Source: Octopus bimaculoides
Lineage: Eukaryota
Assembly (NCBI RefSeq): GCF_001194135.2
Contig: NC_068991.1
Location: forward strand, 40,643,088 to 40,689,028
Length of the DNA: 45,941 nt
Direction of reading: 5' to 3'
Each line of letters opens with the position of its first letter. Position 1 is the first letter of the stretch. This document shows, piece by piece, positions 1 to 10,761 of this stretch. Position numbers and translations under genes: made by a program. The notes beneath the pieces were generated by a model. That model worked only from the letters and a program-made list of their open reading frames with translations, was not told the origin of the DNA and searched no databases.

Positions 1-40
<40 letters not shown>
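1..40. repeat. (AT)n microsatellite
   Basis: Pure AT dinucleotide run; a second run at 639-657 flanks the other side of the 41-633 element. Confidence 0.98.
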
Positions 41-44
<4 letters not shown>

Positions 45-633
45 GTAATGGTTATTGCCAATTAAACATGACTTTTCCGTAGGAACTGACATTACTACCA
101 TTTTAACCCTAGTGTATATTGGGTGCAGATATAACCAGTTGGAGGAGGCGTCCTCCTGGGGTTAAAATGGTAGTAACATTGGTTCCTACTGAGCAGTCAT
201 GCTTAAGGGATGATAACCATTACTTCTCAGTATAGTTACTACTTTCATCTCTTATAGATATTTCCTAACTAGCTAACTGGCTTGTTGCAAGATCAGTGAC
301 TGGGTGTCACTTATTTACTATATATTGTGAGCTGGAGTAAACTACTGCTATCTCTAGCAGTCAAGTGTCTACCACCAAGATTGAGCACAAAGGGCTCAAA
401 ACTGTACAGTCTGCCAGTCTATAAGCTGGAAGATTGTAGGGGTTCACTCCCCTGCTTGCAATATAAATCAGGTGCAGATTGCATCGAATAACCAGCTGGA
501 GGAGGTGTCATCCTGGGGTTAAAATGGTAGCAACATCAGTTCCTACTGAACAGCCATGTTTAAGTAGCAATAACCATTACTTCTCTGTATAATTAATGCT
601 TTCATCTCTTATAGAGATTTTCTAACTAGCTAA
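41..633. mobile_element. Unclassified structured repeat: inverted partial copy plus two direct repeats, embedded in (AT)n
   Basis: 121-276 recurs at 471-633 (350-bp period); 41-109 is an imperfect reverse complement of 159-227; (AT)n on both sides. Class not determined. Confidence 0.7.
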
Positions 634-659
634 TTGAATATATATATATATATATATGG

Positions 660-921
660 ATGGAAGAATTTACGAAAAAAACAACAAATGGATGTATTAG
701 TTTTACGCTCGGGAATAGAGAAAGTCTTTGACGTTTCAAGCCTACGCTCTTCAACTGAAAGGAACACAGAAAGAAATAAGGAGAGAAACAAGGAGAAAAA
801 AAGATATAAATGTAGTGGTCAGCGATCTTTCATGGCGAATGCCGGACAGAAGGATCACACAGGAGAGCTAAGAAAAAAGGGGAGATAACAAAGAAGTGGT
901 GAACCCAAGTCGAGAAGCTGT
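660..921 (-). mobile_element. Possible Penelope-like pLTR-type repeat fragment
   Basis: Minus strand reads TTGAAGAGCGTAGGCTTGAAACGTC; the GAAACGTC core is typical of minimal hammerhead motifs in Penelope-like elements. No coding evidence. Confidence 0.3.
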
Positions 922-985
922 NNNNNNNNNNCAGTTATGGTTATATGTTATGTGATTTTTTTAAATGCATATCTCAAGATTTCAG

Positions 986-1131
986 ATAAGCAGCATATTA
1001 TTGAAAAGCTGACGGAAGATCTTGAATCATTTTATGCAAAAGAATCAAATTGGAAACAGACTGAAGCAAAATACAAATCAGAACAACAACAGCAAGTAAA
1101 TCCTACTCCAATACATGTAGAACTTTCTAAC
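986..1131 (+). CDS. Gene 1 exon A, coiled-coil protein (phase 1 to 0)
   Basis: Acceptor TTTCAG|ATAAG; DKQHIIEKLTEDLESFYAKESNWKQTEAKYKSEQQQQVNPTPIHVELSN; donor AAC|GTAAGA. Alternative in-frame donors at 1096 and 1162 make the 3' end uncertain. Confidence 0.7.
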
Positions 1132-1334
1132 GTAAGAATTGAGCTGGCTGTAATATTGAAGGTCAGTGAGTTTAGGCGGGTGGATTTTTGAAAACAAAAT
1201 GTGTATTTTATTTAACAATGATTGTATTATTGAGACAAAAAATATTATTTTTGATTTGTGATGGCAGCATGGAAGACATAAGCTAGCCATTCAGAACTGC
1301 ATTAAGATTATCAACTTCACATAAACATTTTTTT

Positions 1335-1714
1335 TTGTTTGTTTACTTGTTTCAGTCATTTGACTGCAGCCATGCTGGAGTACCGCCTTAAAGGTTTCAG
1401 TTGAATACATTGACCCCAGAACTCTTTTTTTTAAGTCTAGTACTAATTCTATCAGTCTGTTTTGCTGAACTGCTAAATTACAGGGATGTAAACACACTAA
1501 TACCAGTTGTCAAGCAGTGGAGTGGGGGACATACAAACACACACACACTTATACATACACATGACAGGCTTCTTTTAGTTTCTGTCTACCAAATATAATC
1601 ACAAAGCTTTGGTCAGCCTGAGGCTATAGTAGAAGACATTTGCCCAAGTTGCTACACAGTGGGACTGAACCCAGAATAATGTAGCTGGAAAGCAACCTTC
1701 TTACCACACAGCCA
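1335..1714 (-). mobile_element. tRNA-derived SINE (family A)
   Basis: Minus strand starts TGGCTGTGTGGTAAGAAG with a GGTTCAGTCCC B-box-like motif; related copies at 2254, 23838, 35690, 43090 and 43551. Confidence 0.8.
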
Positions 1715-1853
1715 AATCTGTGCCTATTTGTAATATGGTTTCAAAATTTTCATTACTTGAAACTGTGACTGGAAATTCTACTGCATATCGTATTTTTGAT
1801 TTATTTTCTTCAAATTCTTTGCATATAAGGATTCCCTGCTAACATATATTTAA

Positions 1854-2062
1854 CCCTTTAGTATTCAGATTGCTCTGTCAAATGTAATGCTCATTTATTC
1901 ATATTGTTTTTAATTAATCTTGCATTATCCTATAGCTTTGTGATTTGGATGATCTGAATGTTGTTTTCAGAAAGTCATTGTAGGATTGGTGCGAGAGGCT
2001 GCATCTGGCCTGTTTGGACTTAAAACAGGTAGAAAATTTTAGCCGATTCAAATACTAAAGGG
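1854..2062. mobile_element. piggyBac-like MITE (family P1)
   Basis: 12-bp TIR CCCTTTAGTATT / AATACTAAAGGG flanked by TTAA at 1850-1853 and 2063-2066; at least four more copies in the window. Confidence 0.85.
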
Positions 2063-2253
2063 TTAATAGATATGAAAATGTATTTGTATGATTGTCATAG
2101 ATGTGGCTGTGTGCTCCCCAACCACCTGATATCAGATTCAGTTCCACCTTGTGGTATCTTGGGCAAATGTCTTCTATTATAGACCTAGGCCAACTGAAGC
2201 CTTGGAAGAGAATTAAGTAGCTGGTAACTGAAATAAGACAGTCATGTGTGTGT

Positions 2254-2797
2254 GACTGTGTGGTAAGTAGGTTGCTTACCAACCACATGGTTCCAGGTTC
2301 ATTCCCACTGCGTGGCACCTTGGGTAAGTGTCTTCTACTATAGCCTCGGGCTGACCAAAGCCTTGTGAGTGGATTTGGTAGATGGAAACTGAAAGAAGCC
2401 CATCGTATATATATATATATATATATATATNNNNNNNNNNNNNNNNNNNNNNNNNNNNNNNNNNNNNNNNNNNNNNNNNNNNNNNNNNNNNNNNNNNNNN
2501 NNNNNNNNNNNNNNNNNNNNNNNNNNNNNNNNNNNNNNNNNNNNNNNNNNNNNNNNNNNNNNNNNNNNNNNNNNNNNNNNNNNNNNNNNNNNNNNNNNNN
2601 NNNNNNNNNNNNNNNNNNNNNNNNNNNNNNNNNNNNNNNNNNNNNNNNNNNNNNNNNNNNNNNNNNNNNNNNNNNNNNNNNNNNNNNNNNNNNNNNNNNN
2701 NNNNNNNNNNNNNNNNNNNNNNCGATTTGCTCAACTAAAGGTGGTGCTCCAGCATGGCCGCAGTCAAATGACTGAAACAAGTAAAAGAGAAAAGAGA
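2254..2797 (+). mobile_element. SINE family A copy spanning an N gap
   Basis: Head at 2254-2406 (CpG-retaining) and 3' tail at 2723-2797 match the 1335-1714 copy in opposite orientation; a degenerate partial copy precedes it at about 2103-2250. Confidence 0.75.
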
Positions 2798-2804
2798 TAT
2801 ATAT

Positions 2805-2900
2805 ATGTATGTATACATACATACATACATACATACATACATACATACATACATACACACACATATGTATGTGTATGTATATATACGTGTGTGTGTGTGT
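2805..2900. repeat. (TACA)n / (TG)n compound microsatellite
   Basis: Direct reading of the sequence. Confidence 0.95.
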
Positions 2901-3354
2901 TTACATTTGTGTTCTAAAAGTTGCAAGCTACAAATGGTGTTGCTGTCACTGCTCTTGTCAACAAATCATTGATTTGTTTCATTCTTCCATAGATATGTGA
3001 AGTAAAAAAAAAAATCCATTACTTAAAAAAAAAGAAAAGCATGGATTAGTGATAGGATCCAATAATATATTCAACTCACTCATGTTAGCATGGAAAAATG
3101 GATGTAAAAATGAAAGGACAAATAACATACTCAAGCCAATATTGTATGGCTGGATACATATATTTTTGCTACTCTTGGAGTTCTCCCATTTTTAAAATTT
3201 AACAAGCAGACAATTGTGTGTCTTATATAAGAGTAAACATTATGTTTATACCAAAATTTGATCCTATTTTTCTCTAGTAAAGTATCCCAGTCATAGACAT
3301 CAACAATTATTTAATGCTAACTTATAATGATTTTCTTTCTTTTTTTTTTTTAAG

Positions 3355-3886
3355 AAAATGGTTAATTTTGTGCAGAACTTGGAAAGGACTAGAGAAACTC
3401 AGAATAAGATGAAACAACCAAAACAACAAGAGATGCTGCTAGATTATGAAAATAGTTTGCTTGAAAAACAAGAGTTGGGACACCAACTTGAATGTGAACA
3501 AAGGCTTTGTGAAAACTTGAGAGAAAAGATAAAAGTGGGGTCTAAAGAAAATCAATCACTTATGAAAAAATTAAACCAACTTCAAAAGCTTTATAAAGGT
3601 TTGCAAAAGCAAAATGATATGCTAAACAACAAGTGCATCAAAACACAGGACCAACTTATTTTGAAAGAGAAGAAATGTACTGAATTTGAAAAGAAGCTTG
3701 CCAGAATGGCAGTAGAAAAATTGACTATGGAAAAACAATATGTAAATGAATTGGAGCAAACTCGACAAACTTTGTCTAAAGAGTTGAAAAAAAATATTGA
3801 TCCATTTGAAAAACAAAATAAAGAAATAAAAATAAAAGCTGTCCAAGACTACAATGAAATGAAAAGAGACTTCACTTGCATAAATG
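3355..3886 (+). CDS. Gene 1 exon B, long coiled-coil (phase 0 to 1)
   Basis: Poly-T acceptor TTTAAG|AAAATG; 532 nt open, K/E/Q/L-rich heptad character (ORF 3358-3900); donor AATG|GTAATT. Confidence 0.88.
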
Positions 3887-3939
3887 GTAATTCTAGTTAA
3901 ACATTTGTTAATAAGGTTTTTAGTATATTACACCTTTAA

Positions 3940-4146
3940 CCCTTTTGTTACTATATTTCTGTTGAAATACACTGTCTCTATTTTATTAATTTTGAAATAA
4001 TGAGAAATTTAGTTAAATAATTTTGTCATTGTTAAACTGACGTTTGGGACATAAATTAACATGAAATTTTGATGAAAGGTTTCAAGTTAGGTTACTTTAA
4101 AACTGTAATTTTGTATCACAGAACCAGGAGTGTGACCTCATATAGG
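3940..4146. mobile_element. TTAA-type MITE (family P2), cut at the right by a SINE
   Basis: TTAA|CCCTTTTGTTAC start; homologous to 38916-39134 and 40656-40866; (CAT)n SINE tail begins about 4147. Confidence 0.65.
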
Positions 4147-4545
4147 TTCATCATCATCATCATTGTTTAACGTCCGCTTTCCATGCTGACATGGGTTGGA
4201 CAACCACCTGAAAGCTGGTAAGCCATGGGGCTGCACTAGGTTCTAGTCCGATTTGGCAAGGTTTCTATGGAATGGAAAAAATTAAGAGGACCTATTTAAG
4301 TAAAAAAGAATGATTTGCATTTTTATAGCATTCATAGTTTAGCTTTCGTTCAATATTAATTTCCTCATGTCTCCATCTATGTTGTTTTTTTCTTCTTTTT
4401 ATTATAGCTTCTTGCTGATCCTTTCTGATCCGTGCTCTATATCTGCACATTATTTTTGGGTCAGCTTGCAACCATGTTTCTTGTGAATCCAGGATTTAGG
4501 CTTAATTAACCCTTGTAAACAAATATCAATTTTTTAAGCGAACAG

Positions 4546-5850
4546 ACGATAAATAGTTCCACTTATGCATATACAGTGGTCATTATAAAAAAATTAGTCC
4601 AATAAAAAAAATTATTTTTCAATATCATCACACCACCACCACCACCACTATCTGCTTCTCTCTCTCTTTCACTTTCTCTCTCTCTCTCTCAATATAACTG
4701 CTTTCCCTGTCTATTTCTCTCTATCTACCTTTCCCTTCAGCTAACTTTTTAACCGCATAATAAGTATTCCTTTTGCACCCTACCACACATTGTTAACTCT
4801 TCTCTCATTCTTTGCCTTTACCTTCAGCTGATCACATGACTATTTGGCCTAAGAGTAATAATATTAATCACCTTTCTTCTTTCTTCACTCCCCCCCCACT
4901 CTCTCTCACTCTAACTCCACCTCTCATTCACTCCCCCTCCACCTCTCTAACTAACTCATGTATAACAGGCAGACAAACAAGCAGATTATTATATAGACGA
5001 GTGGGACCCGTGGAAATTCCACAGAATGCAAACAAAATTAAGAGAAGCTATTTAAGAGAGAAAGGATGATTTTTATTTTTATATTGCTGTTATTTCACTT
5101 CTAGTCACAATAATATATCACATCATTTAAAAAATTTCCCTCTGCTAAGCACTTTATATTTCTCTCTTTCTCCCTACCTCTTCAACAAACTTTTTAGCCA
5201 TGTAATTCCTCTCTTCATGTCTTTAGCATTTCTTTCTTTTCACCTCTCACTAACCACTTGAGTGACAGCATAATACATCAACTGGCTACAGGCTTTCTCA
5301 CTCACTCTCACATTTCCTCTTCTGCTCTCTCACAAACTAAAGTATAAAGTGTGAACAAATAGGTAGAAGAATAATATAAATTTGATTCAATAAAAAAAAA
5401 ACCCCACTTTTCACTACCACCACCACCAACAACACCACCACTCTACTCTGACAATACAAACATTATCTACCTCTCTCTCTCAATATAACTGTCTCCTGTG
5501 TCTAGCTCTTTCTATCTGCCTTTCTTTAACCTCACTACCAAAACATCACCCTCTGCTAAATATTGTATCCTAAACATATCTCTTTCCCTTTACTTCCCCA
5601 CCTTACAGCACATTGTTAACACCTCTCTTTCCCTCTTTTCTCTCACTGTCTTTTTCTTTTGCTCTTCACTTCTCCCTTCAACTAACCATATTCGGCCTTA
5701 TACATCTTTCTCTACTTCTTCACTTCTTACTTCTGTACTCACAATCCTTCCCCTCTCTCTCTCACTTTTACTCCACCTCTCATTCACTCCACTCCAACTA
5801 TTTAAACTAGTTAAAGTATAATAGACAAACGAACAAGTAGATTATTATAT
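4546..5850. repeat. Two diverged direct copies of a pyrimidine-rich repeat (about 4546-5020 and 5345-5850)
   Basis: Shared landmarks (CAC)n, CTCTCTCTCAATATAACTG, CACATTGTTAAC and AGATTATTATATAGA in both halves. Confidence 0.6.
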
Positions 5851-6406
5851 AGATGTTGATAGGGTTTTTTAACATCAATATTTCCATGTTAGTATTAGCT
5901 GGATCATCTAGTAACTTTTCATAAGTTAGTGTGAACAGAAAGGGTATGAGTCTATGGGCTTCCTATACCTTTTGAAACAGGAATATCTTCACAACAGATT
6001 AATATCTAGTTTGGAATCTCAGAGTTTAATGTTTCAAAGGAAAACATAGACAAGAAGAGAGTTTTAGTAGAGTATGGTCTAGGATAAGGATTTAGCTAAA
6101 TTATGTCTGTTGATGTGACATGGTGAAAGTTATAAAAGAAGTGGATATATTAAATGGGTTTAAGTGGGGAATATTTTAGAGTCGGTAACTTCAATCTGTT
6201 ACAGTTCCAGAAAAATTAAAACTGCGATTCATCAGTGAGCCTAAAATCATATATTCATAAGCAAATGTTGGTTTTTTTTTTTTGGGGGGGGGGGGGTTCC
6301 ATTTTTAAAATATGATCCTGAATGTATCTATGTATACAAGAGCACCTGAAGTGTATGGATAGTATACTAGTCTAGTGAATGCAATTATTAAAGCATGGAT
6401 TTTACT

Positions 6407-6640
6407 CATCATCATCATCATCATCATCATTTAATGTTTATCTCCTATGCTGGCATAAGTTAGATGGTTTGACAAAATCCAATGGGTCTGAGGACTGCAT
6501 CATGCTCCGAAGGCAGTTTTGGCATGGCTTTTATGGCTGGATGCCTTTCCTAATGCCAACCAGTTTACAGAGTGTATTAAATGCTTTTCTTGCAGTAACT
6601 GTACTAGTGAGGTTGCCATGCAGCCTGTAAGACTAAGACT
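6407..6640 (-). mobile_element. (CAT)n-tailed SINE (family B)
   Basis: (CAT)n tail followed by the GCTGGATGCC...CCTAATGCCAACC body shared with many copies (4147, 11430, 22846, 24665, 32706, 33545, 36975). Confidence 0.8.
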
Positions 6641-6799
6641 CTCTTCAAGTGAATGGAATTCTAGTATAAGATGACTTTATGCTAAGAAATGAGAGGTTAA
6701 ATTATGAGAGCCTCTTTACTCACTGAATTGAATTTAGTAAATAGAGACTACACAGAAATTTATCACACATTTTTTTTTTTTTTTTTGCTGCTTTCATGA

Positions 6800-7170
6800 A
6801 TTCCCAAGACTTTTTGTCACCATCCAATTCCATTTTTATGAATTTGAATTGGGAACTTGAGTCATAGTGAATCTTTCATTAGCTGATTGCACAACCATGG
6901 ATATCACCTCCATAGATGCATTGCAGTTGCTTTCTTGGTAGAGCTTGGTGATCCTGACCATTGATCTTCTAGAATTCCTCCACTCAGCATCAATGTAAGA
7001 AGCACCTTTGGCTCAGTTGAGCTACCTCTTCACAATCTGCTGTGTTGCAGTCCCATGACTTCACTGTATCCCTGACAAGGTGATTGAATGGGTGCTACGT
7101 CTTGCCAAAAGGCAGCCTGTAGCTATGCAGGGCATGATTGTCACTTAATGAGATATTTTCAAAATACCCA
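6800..7170 (-). pseudogene. Heavily decayed mariner-like transposase N-terminal fragment
   Basis: Minus-strand peptide ILEDQWSGSPS resembles the mariner LED.PRSGRP linker; many stops and frameshifts; boundaries approximate. Confidence 0.4.
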
Positions 7171-7564
7171 CATACTCATTTATACACATATATACATGTG
7201 TTTATATATGCATATCCACGAGTGTATAGATCTGTGCTTGTGTATATCTGTTTGACCTGGCACTACTAATTAAAACCAAGTAGTGATGCATCAAAATAGT
7301 GAGTTAAATGATCTATAAAACATCATCATCATCACAAAATGAACCATCCAACCCATGCCAGCATGAGTTGGATGGTTGAACAGGAGCTGGCAAGCCAGCT
7401 TGTGTACTCATTTTATCAAGACTTAAACTTTTACCTATGCTGTGGGTTCTTTCTTACTTTCTATATTTTTATCGTGTTTATTTTGAAGAAAGAACAAATA
7501 TTTCACCTGTTTGTACATTTCAATAGAACTGTCACTCTACTAGAAACTGCAGTTTTTATATGAA

Positions 7565-7784
7565 CTCTTTAGCATTCAGATTGCTCTGTCAAATGTAATG
7601 TTTATTTATTCACATTGTTTTGAATTAATCATGGCTGTTCTTGTAGCTTTGATATTTCAATGATGTGATTGTTTATTTTCAGAATGACATTATAGGGTAG
7701 GTGTGAGAGGCTGGATCTGGACTTTTTGAACATAAAATATGTAGAATATTTGGGCCAAATATGGTCGGTTTAAATGCTAGAGGG
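7565..7784. mobile_element. piggyBac-like MITE (family P1)
   Basis: Homologous to 1854-2062; ends CTAGAGGG|TTAA; lies 43 bp upstream of exon C. Confidence 0.8.
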
Positions 7785-7827
7785 TTAAACTAACCAAGTA
7801 AATTATTTTTATTTCAATGTTTGCAAG

Positions 7828-8004
7828 AGCAAGTGAAAGAAAAGCAAATAAAAACTGGAAAACAATACATTGAAACGAAGAAAGAACTAACAAAAGATAA
7901 GAAGGTGAAGACTTCCAAGCAAAAAGTTTTCAAAATACAAAATACCTACAAAAAAAAGGCTAGCAAGAGTAAATTACTGGAAAAACAAAAAAAGAATTTT
8001 CAAG
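7828..8004 (+). CDS. Gene 1 exon C, duplicated symmetric exon (phase 1-1, 59 codons)
   Basis: Acceptor TTGCAAG|AGCAAG, donor CAAG|GTAATA; EQVKEKQIKTGKQYIETKKELTKDKKVKTSKQKVFKIQNTYKKK...; paralogous to exons D and E. Confidence 0.7.
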
Positions 8005-8117
8005 GTAATAATAATAATAATCCTTTCTACTATAAGCACAAGCCCTTAACTTTTGGGGGAGGGGCGTAGTTGAAGTATGAACAAGAGCAACCAGCGTCCA
8101 CATGTTGATGGAATGAC

Positions 8118-8600
8118 ATCATCAGTTTTTAAGCTTCAATTTTATAACAAATGAAAAGAAAAAAAAACAGAAAAAAAGTGAAAAAGAAAACAAAAGAAAA
8201 AAAGGAAAGGAAAAAGAATATTCAATTATACAGTTTTGTGTAAATTTGATGATATATTTTTCTGTCATTTTATTCATTTCTCCTGGGTGTGATGTTAATA
8301 ACCTACAAACATATTTCTCCTCATGCATTTTGAGTATTGAAAGGGAAGCAAATTCAGAATATTTTCTGAGAATATGCATTTTCAAGTCTTTTTCAAAATT
8401 GCAGCCCTTTGAAACAAAATGTTTGGGAAGTTCTGTCGAAGTACTGTTATTGTGCCTGACATCAAATCTGTGCCCATTAAATCTTTTGTTTAGTTGTTTT
8501 GTTGTACAACCAACATAAATTAAGTTGTGTTTCATGCATTCTGCCACTTACAGCAAAAATGAACTACCCACAATCAGTGCCATATATATTACAAGTTCCA
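8118..8600 (-). mobile_element. Penelope-like element GIY-YIG endonuclease fragment
   Basis: ORF 8122-8547: ECMKHNLIYVGCTTKQLNKRFNGHRF...EEKYVCRLLTSHPGEMN matches the PLE endonuclease pattern C..C...YVG.T...L..RF..H...E......L....P.GLN; upstream frame broken; no RT seen. Confidence 0.8.
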
Positions 8601-9006
8601 GGAGAGGAAACAGCAATTTTTATAAAAATATCAGAAATTGAAAATGAAAATGGGGAAATTAAAATAATAGGAAAAAAAGATATTTACCATTCTCTTATGA
8701 ATACAATATATTGAGGATTATTGTTTAACTTAAGAAGACAGCAATTATAAACAGCAGTTTATATGAAAGATGAAGAAGAGAAGGAAAGAAGAGAAAGCGG
8801 CAAGAGGTGAAAGAAGAGAAGGAAATGAACAAAGCAAGAGGTGCAATTGGATATAGAAGACAGCATGGCTGAATATCTGAGCTGATTTTATTATTAAAGT
8901 TAAATCTAGAAAAGTGTTAATTTTCAGTAAAATATTGATAAAGCTATTTGTATGCAAATGATCTTAAACTAACTTCACAAATCAATTTTATTATAATGTC
9001 TTTAAG

Positions 9007-9315
9007 ACCAATCCAAACAAAAGAAAGTGAAGAGAAATACAATAAAATGAACAGAAACCTGAGCCAATGTCTGCTTGGAAAAGATGAGGAAGTGAAGGCT
9101 ACCAAGCAAGAAAAGGTTAAAATACAAAATGCCTATGAAGAAGAGATTACCAAGTGTAAATCACCAGAGGAACAGATGAAGATATTGCAAGATAACAATA
9201 ATGATCTGATATCTTCTCCGAAATAATCTTTCCATTCTCAAATAAGAAAGTTGAAAGAAGATTCAGAAAAGAATTTAATAGAATAGAAACTAACAACAAC
9301 ACTGACATGAAAAAT
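9007..9315 (+). pseudogene. Pseudo-exon: frameshifted copy of gene 1 exon D
   Basis: Acceptor TTTAAG| as in exon D, but 7 nt shorter before the conserved ATG (phase-1 reading stops at once); stop at 9224-9226; similarity to the second half of exon D continues to about 9315, where the Tc1 begins. Confidence 0.7.
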
Positions 9316-9329
9316 ATTATATATATATA

Positions 9330-10761
9330 CAGGGGTTGGACAAAATAATGGAAACACCTTAAAATTTCAAACAAATTTATTCTAATATGGGGTAGGACCA
9401 CCTTTGGCAGTAATTACAGCTTGAATTCTAATTCTACAAGGTATGGACTGGTACAAAGTTTGAATTGTTTCCAAAGGAATTTTTGTCCATTCTTCAACTA
9501 AAACAGTCTCCAGTTCTTGTAGTGATGATGATGGAGGATATCAACTCCTTACTTGTTTTTCTAAAATGTACCATAAATGTTCAATAATATTGAGATCTGG
9601 AGACTGTGGTGGCCAGATAAGATGTTCAACTTCACTAGAATGTTCCTCATGCCATTCAGTAACAACTTTAGCCCTGTGAATTGGTGCATTATCATCCTGA
9701 AAGATTGCGTTTCCCTCCAAAAACAGTTCCACAATCATAGGATGAATTTGATCAGATAAAATGCTTAAATAGTCTTGACTATTAATTCTGCCATGAAGGG
9801 AAACCATTTGGCTGGNNNNNNNNNNTTAAATAGTCTTGACTATTAATTCTGCCATGAAGGGAAACCATTTGGCTGGTGGATTTCCAAGATATAACCCCCC
9901 AGATCATCACAGACCCTCCTCCATGTTTAACAGTTGGAAGAAGGCAGTCTGGGTCACATGCTTCTTTTGGATGTCTTGACTATTAATTCTGCCATGAAGG
10001 GAAACCATTTGGCTGGTGGATTTCCAAGATATAACCCCCCAGATCATCACAGATCCTCCTCCATGTTTAACAGTTGGAAGAAGGCAGTCTGGGTCACATG
10101 CTTCTTTTGGATGTCTCTACACATATACTCGGCCAGTGGTCAGAAATAGGGACCAATTCTGTAGGCTTTTACTCCACTCTAAGTGCTTTGCAACATTTGT
10201 TTTTGAAAGTAGTGGTTTTCTGATTGCAACCCTCCTGTGAAATCCGGCTATGTGCAGCTCCTGGCGAACAGATTTTGTAGAAACTGGGCTCTTGAGGTGG
10301 TCATTAAGCTCTGCAGTAATTTTGGGAGCTTTACTTTTGTGATCCTTTCTAACAATTCACGTAAGAGTCCGACGGTCCCTATTTGAAAGTTTTGGTTTTC
10401 TTCTGGAGTTTTGTTTCGATGAGGAGGTTTTTCCCTCTTTCTCAAAGGCTGTCATTACTTTCGAGACAGTACCTCTTGATACACCAAACATTTTGGTTGT
10501 TTTCTTTTTGATAGGGCCTGCCATATGAGCACCAACAATTTGATCTCTTTGAAAGTTTGATAGGTCTGTCATTTTAATGAATTTTAATTACCTTTTTCTG
10601 ATGATAACTGAAAAGAAACAGCAATTTTAGCAAAACATATTAAGCAACAATAATAATAAATCAAAAAACATAAAAATAAACAAGCTTTTGACGGTTTTAT
10701 AGATATTTCAAAATTATGATGCTATGATGCTAGGTGTTTCCATTATTTTGTCCAACCCCTG
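9330..10761 (-). mobile_element. Tc1-family DNA transposon, both ends present, inactivated transposase
   Basis: Perfect 30-bp TIRs CAGGGGTTGGACAAAATAATGGAAACACCT (9330-9359, 10732-10761), TA on both flanks; fragments MTDLSNFQRDQIVG..GVSRGTVSK (HTH), FQDDNAPIH and WPPQSPDLNIIEHLW (DD34E). Confidence 0.95.

Noticed and set aside
430-525. Twister-ribozyme-like order of motifs on the minus strand (UAA-CCCC...GGGGAGUG)
   Set aside because: L4 pseudoknot sequence and P1 do not fit the twister consensus by eye; left to an Infernal search.
1132-1161. Peptide IELAVILK resembling vertebrate NuMA ELAVILK
   Set aside because: Isolated 7-residue match with no surrounding CH-domain similarity; the real counterpart is in gene 2 exon 5.
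2055-3000. ORF-track entries around the 2431-2722 gap and other X-filled ORFs (28910-29353, 36023-36465)
   Set aside because: Open only because Ns and microsatellites lack stop codons.
4812-5821. Ser/Leu/Phe-rich ORFs with apparent hydrophobic segments
   Set aside because: Translations of pyrimidine-rich repeat; no splice-phase support.
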